A stretch of DNA of 64,000 nt, taken from Tubiluchus corallicola (taxonomy: Eukaryota; Animalia; Priapulida). Numbering within the stretch: position 1 is the first letter of the stretch; every line of letters begins with the position of its first letter. The position numbers and the translations under genes are program-made. The DNA is taken from NCBI GenBank assembly GCA_030141605.1, contig JAQGDQ010000136.1, positions 434,001-498,000 of the forward strand, in the 5' to 3' direction. This document shows, one piece after another, positions 60,296 to 64,000 of this stretch. The notes under the pieces were generated by a model. That model searched no databases. It saw nothing but the letters and a program-made list of their open reading frames with translations, and had not been told where the DNA came from.

Positions 60296-63054
60296 TTACA
60301 AAGTAGAATTAAAAGTTGCAGATATCATAGATGGCACAGTTGTATTGGGTTCTGGAGGCAAGGTTATACATGCTGGCACAGAGCCCCAGTCAAAGACGTA
60401 TACACCGTATGTGTTAGCAGAGAAGGTTATGACTAGAACTCCTAGAATGTTAAGCATAAAGCCTGCCACTGCCTGTAACAAATAAATCAAATAACTATAT
60501 TTTTTATAAATTTATACGTAAGAACAAAGAGCAAAACAAAGTTAAAAGTACACTGGAAAGCTTATCTAGTAACTATGGTGGCAATAAAGGGTTCAGATAT
60601 ACTAGGAAGTTTGAAAAAGGCTTTGAAATCACAGTACCTATAAGACGTTAATGTTATATCCAGATATACAGTCAAAGTTGTTTTGAAGTGTTCCAGTGAG
60701 CAAATTATACAATAAATTTTAAAAATTTATGCAGGCCTCAGAAATTTAACTTATTGCATTAGCACATTATACCAAATTAATAATTCACCTAAGGCTGAAC
60801 TGCTGCTCCTAGTAAGTGTGCAATTAATAGGTAACAATACAATACAAAGACCTACGCTCTGATAATACGAATGTTAACCATGCACTCGCTAGTACTAAAA
60901 GCTGACTTCCTAATACACATTCTGCCAATATACTGATATAAATACTTAGTAAGTAAACAAATTTTATTTTATCTTTTAAGACTCAATACTGAATTCTTAT
61001 AATTGTAAAAAAGTGAAAGTCCCACCATCGAATTTATTTTATTTGGTGATTTTGAAGGCATCTGATTTAGAAACTGATACAAAAGGCAATGATTAAATGA
61101 AGCAACTTACACACTAAGTAATTGTTATTTAATTAATAATTTGCACAATAATTCATTTTATCAAAGTTGTGATATGAGTAAAGAAGAGTAATCGTATTAG
61201 TTTTAAATCAGTACCATATCCATCACTCGCAAACTTCCAGAGGCAAACACAACAGCATTTGGAGGTGTAGCTGCAGGTAGCATGAACGAAAAAGAGGCTG
61301 CTATCGTTGCTGGATACATCAACAGCATAGGATGAACATTGAGATCAACTGCCTAACAATAAAGAAGATGCATCCATCCATTATGGACATATTTTCATAA
61401 TATTAAAATGAAAGAAATGGAATTGACAATTTATGTCAAATATAGTCCATATACAACAAAATATTAAATTAAAGTTAACACGTCAATACATAAACTTATG
61501 TATGCCAATGTGCTTGAATTTTAAAGTTGTTTATACAACCACTATTCAATACACTATATATTAAACTATTACTTGTACAACTATATATGTTTATATATAT
61601 ACATATATATATATATATAACGACAACATTGCTTTTCTCATTATACAACCAAAACATGGAATTCACAGATTAATGCACTTTTAAAAAACCCATGGTAAAC
61701 TATTCAGTAAAAATGGATCTGTTAAGCTAACTTGCAAAAGGCATTTCGAGATTTTTCTCCTTAAATGCAGAGTTTATGTATCTTAGTTAACACTATCTAA
61801 ACGTTATACTAACTGAATTCACTCTGACTATAATCGAACATACACCACATATACTTAAACTGTTAGTCATACCAAACTTGCAACTATGGGAAGCATTATG
61901 GTAGCAGTTGCAGTATTACTGGCAATTTCTGTGACACCTGCTGTAATAGTGGATATAATGATAATTATAAGCCATGTAGGAAGGCCACCTAATATAGACT
62001 GTAATCCTTTTCCAATCCACTTGGATAGTCCAGAGGCCTGGAAATGAAGGAAAAGATAAGGAGGCTGTAGAAAATGTAGATATAGAAAAACAACAATAGA
62101 AAAATATTTAAGCTGTTTGTCATAAATATATTTTCACATATATGTGATTAGGTAGAGGAAATAAATGTTTCTGCATTCCACTTTGGTAATTCCAGACATG
62201 CAGGTATTATAATGTGATTTATGTAGTCATGAAATCGCTGAATTAACTCGAATGCAATATTATTTACAATGAGAAATTTTTCGTTACAAAACTACAAGCA
62301 CTGTTATATTATATAAATTATATGTGAATTGTATGGTGATGCACATCTCTTTGAACGTTCTGTAATATGATGCCAGTGTCTTTTACGCAGCCAAAATGTG
62401 AATAGTATGGTGATGCAAATTATAAAATTTTTAACAATGGACAAATCCTAACGTCATTCAAAATCACAAATAAAAGCCAGTGTAGAAGCGATAGTGACAG
62501 GCTAAATTACATACAGATTACCAAAATCAATACATTGAGCAAAGCTATAAGCCTATTACATACTCCAACACCTCTTGCCATTGCAACACCACCACCAAAG
62601 AGAAAAATGACGTCCCATGGCATTCTATTTTGAAGCATTTTCCAATCCAAAATAGCATGTTTTGGACCACTTCTAAAATCTGTAAATGACATGTGAGGCA
62701 TAAATGCACAGTCTTCAGTGAGGCTTTTGTTCAGATACAGTATAAGTCATTGTGTGCACTGTAGTAACTCAATCAGGAATGTCTAGTTAGAGTTCATTTT
62801 GTCAAAAAAGGTTGGGTTTTACAACACAGCATATCATGGTGCAACGCAACTGATATAAACATTTTATTTGCACATTACAGATTTAATTACCACAATTGAA
62901 TTCGGCAAAAAAGCAGAGTAATTCGGGCAATTTCTAAACCACTGCAGTGTTTTCTTAACTCTTACCAGGAAATTCATTTGGCAGCACAAACAGAAGAATT
63001 CCCATGAATATAGCACAAGTTGCATCCGAAGTAAATTTATAAGTGCGTCCATGT
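60296..63054 (-). CDS. SLC13 (DASS) Na+-dependent sulfate/di- or tricarboxylate cotransporter, last five coding exons; 5' part probably beyond the window
   Basis: Exons 63054-62966 (SDATCAIFMGILLFVLP), 62679-62564 (LDWK...MPWDVIFLFGGGVAMA), 62037-61873 (SGLSKWIG...TEIASNTATATIMLP), 61352-61215 (HPMLLMYPATIAASFSFMLPAATPPNAVVF), 60472-60296. The SNT and PxxTPPNA signature motifs are present. Subfamily cannot be resolved. Confidence 0.94.
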
Positions 63055-64000
63055 CTGTGAAAACATACACACTATTACAAGTTAATTTTGCTTAGACTGT
63101 GCAGTTGTGCTATCTGAGTTTGTAGTTTAGTGATGAAACACTGATGATGCCGACAACGACGTGACAATAACTGTTGTGTTGATGGTGGTAATGATGATGG
63201 TAATGACGACGAATGAGAAAATTCAGTTAGTGGCAATGTTTTTAAGAAATGAAACTTTCACATCACTTCTAGCGAAAATAGTTTATAAAAGATTTAGAAG
63301 AAATGTAACGACTATAAAAAACAGCAAAAAAGTAGATGCATAAAGAAAAACTAAAGCTGATTGTCAATATCTTCAACGGTGATAATCAGTAGTTTTGAAA
63401 ATTATCTCCATTAGAGACCTATAAATGGTTAAAAGAAAACAGGACACCTTCCTAAACTGTGGTGCAAATTGATTTAATGATGGGAAATACTAAAAGGGAA
63501 AACATTTTCTTAAGAAAAGTCTTAAGAAAGAATTACAATCACAAAAGCTTTAAATAACATAGGTCGTGTGATTAGCTTTTGGACATTGAACGCGTTTCGC
63601 CAGTCCTCAGTTAGATGGGCCACAGTGTCCGAATCTCGGATATGCGTTGCACAAAAAGCAGTTGATTTTCATGATTATAAGAATGCATTTCAGTTGTGAC
63701 ATGGCACAGAGGTAAACTCTGATTTAAATGTCTTCTACTCAAAATTTGCCAATACGGTGCGAGTCAATACTGTACAGTAGCACTGCATTCAATCTTCACT
63801 TTGTAGGTACACGCATCAGGCTCATGGAATGTTTCCACCATCAGAATATTACATGTAGTTGTGATGTCTTCATTAGCTGTGCTCGCTGGGCAAATGCTCA
63901 GTTTCTAAGCTAATTTTTAATTATCAGAAATATTTCGGCACTATTACAGGTGTTATAATATGTGATATGTTATTACCACACTTCAAAATAGGATAAGATC

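Overview
AT-rich animal (probably protostome invertebrate) genomic DNA with spliceosomal introns, so most ORF-track entries are spurious or partial exons. I reconstructed three genes exon by exon: a complete GGPS1 (minus strand, 8 coding exons, 330 aa), a complete SPARC/osteonectin (plus strand, 7 coding exons, 317 aa) and the last 5 exons of an SLC13/DASS transporter (minus strand). The left ~37 kb is gene-poor. It holds a few weak exon candidates, CR1/L2-like and RTE LINE remnants, hAT and Tc1/pogo-type MITEs, tRNA-derived SINE heads, microsatellites and clusters of RFX, CRE and YY1 motifs. Best findings: (1) a ~470-bp internally deleted RTE retroelement (29007-29473) with a target-site duplication, whose 5' end is a degenerate twister ribozyme starting at the predicted self-cleavage site; (2) a U12-type (minor spliceosome) intron in GGPS1; (3) a hairpin resembling both arms of miR-8/200; (4) a possible RFX-driven small-ORF gene. 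All calls were made by eye, with no database searches.
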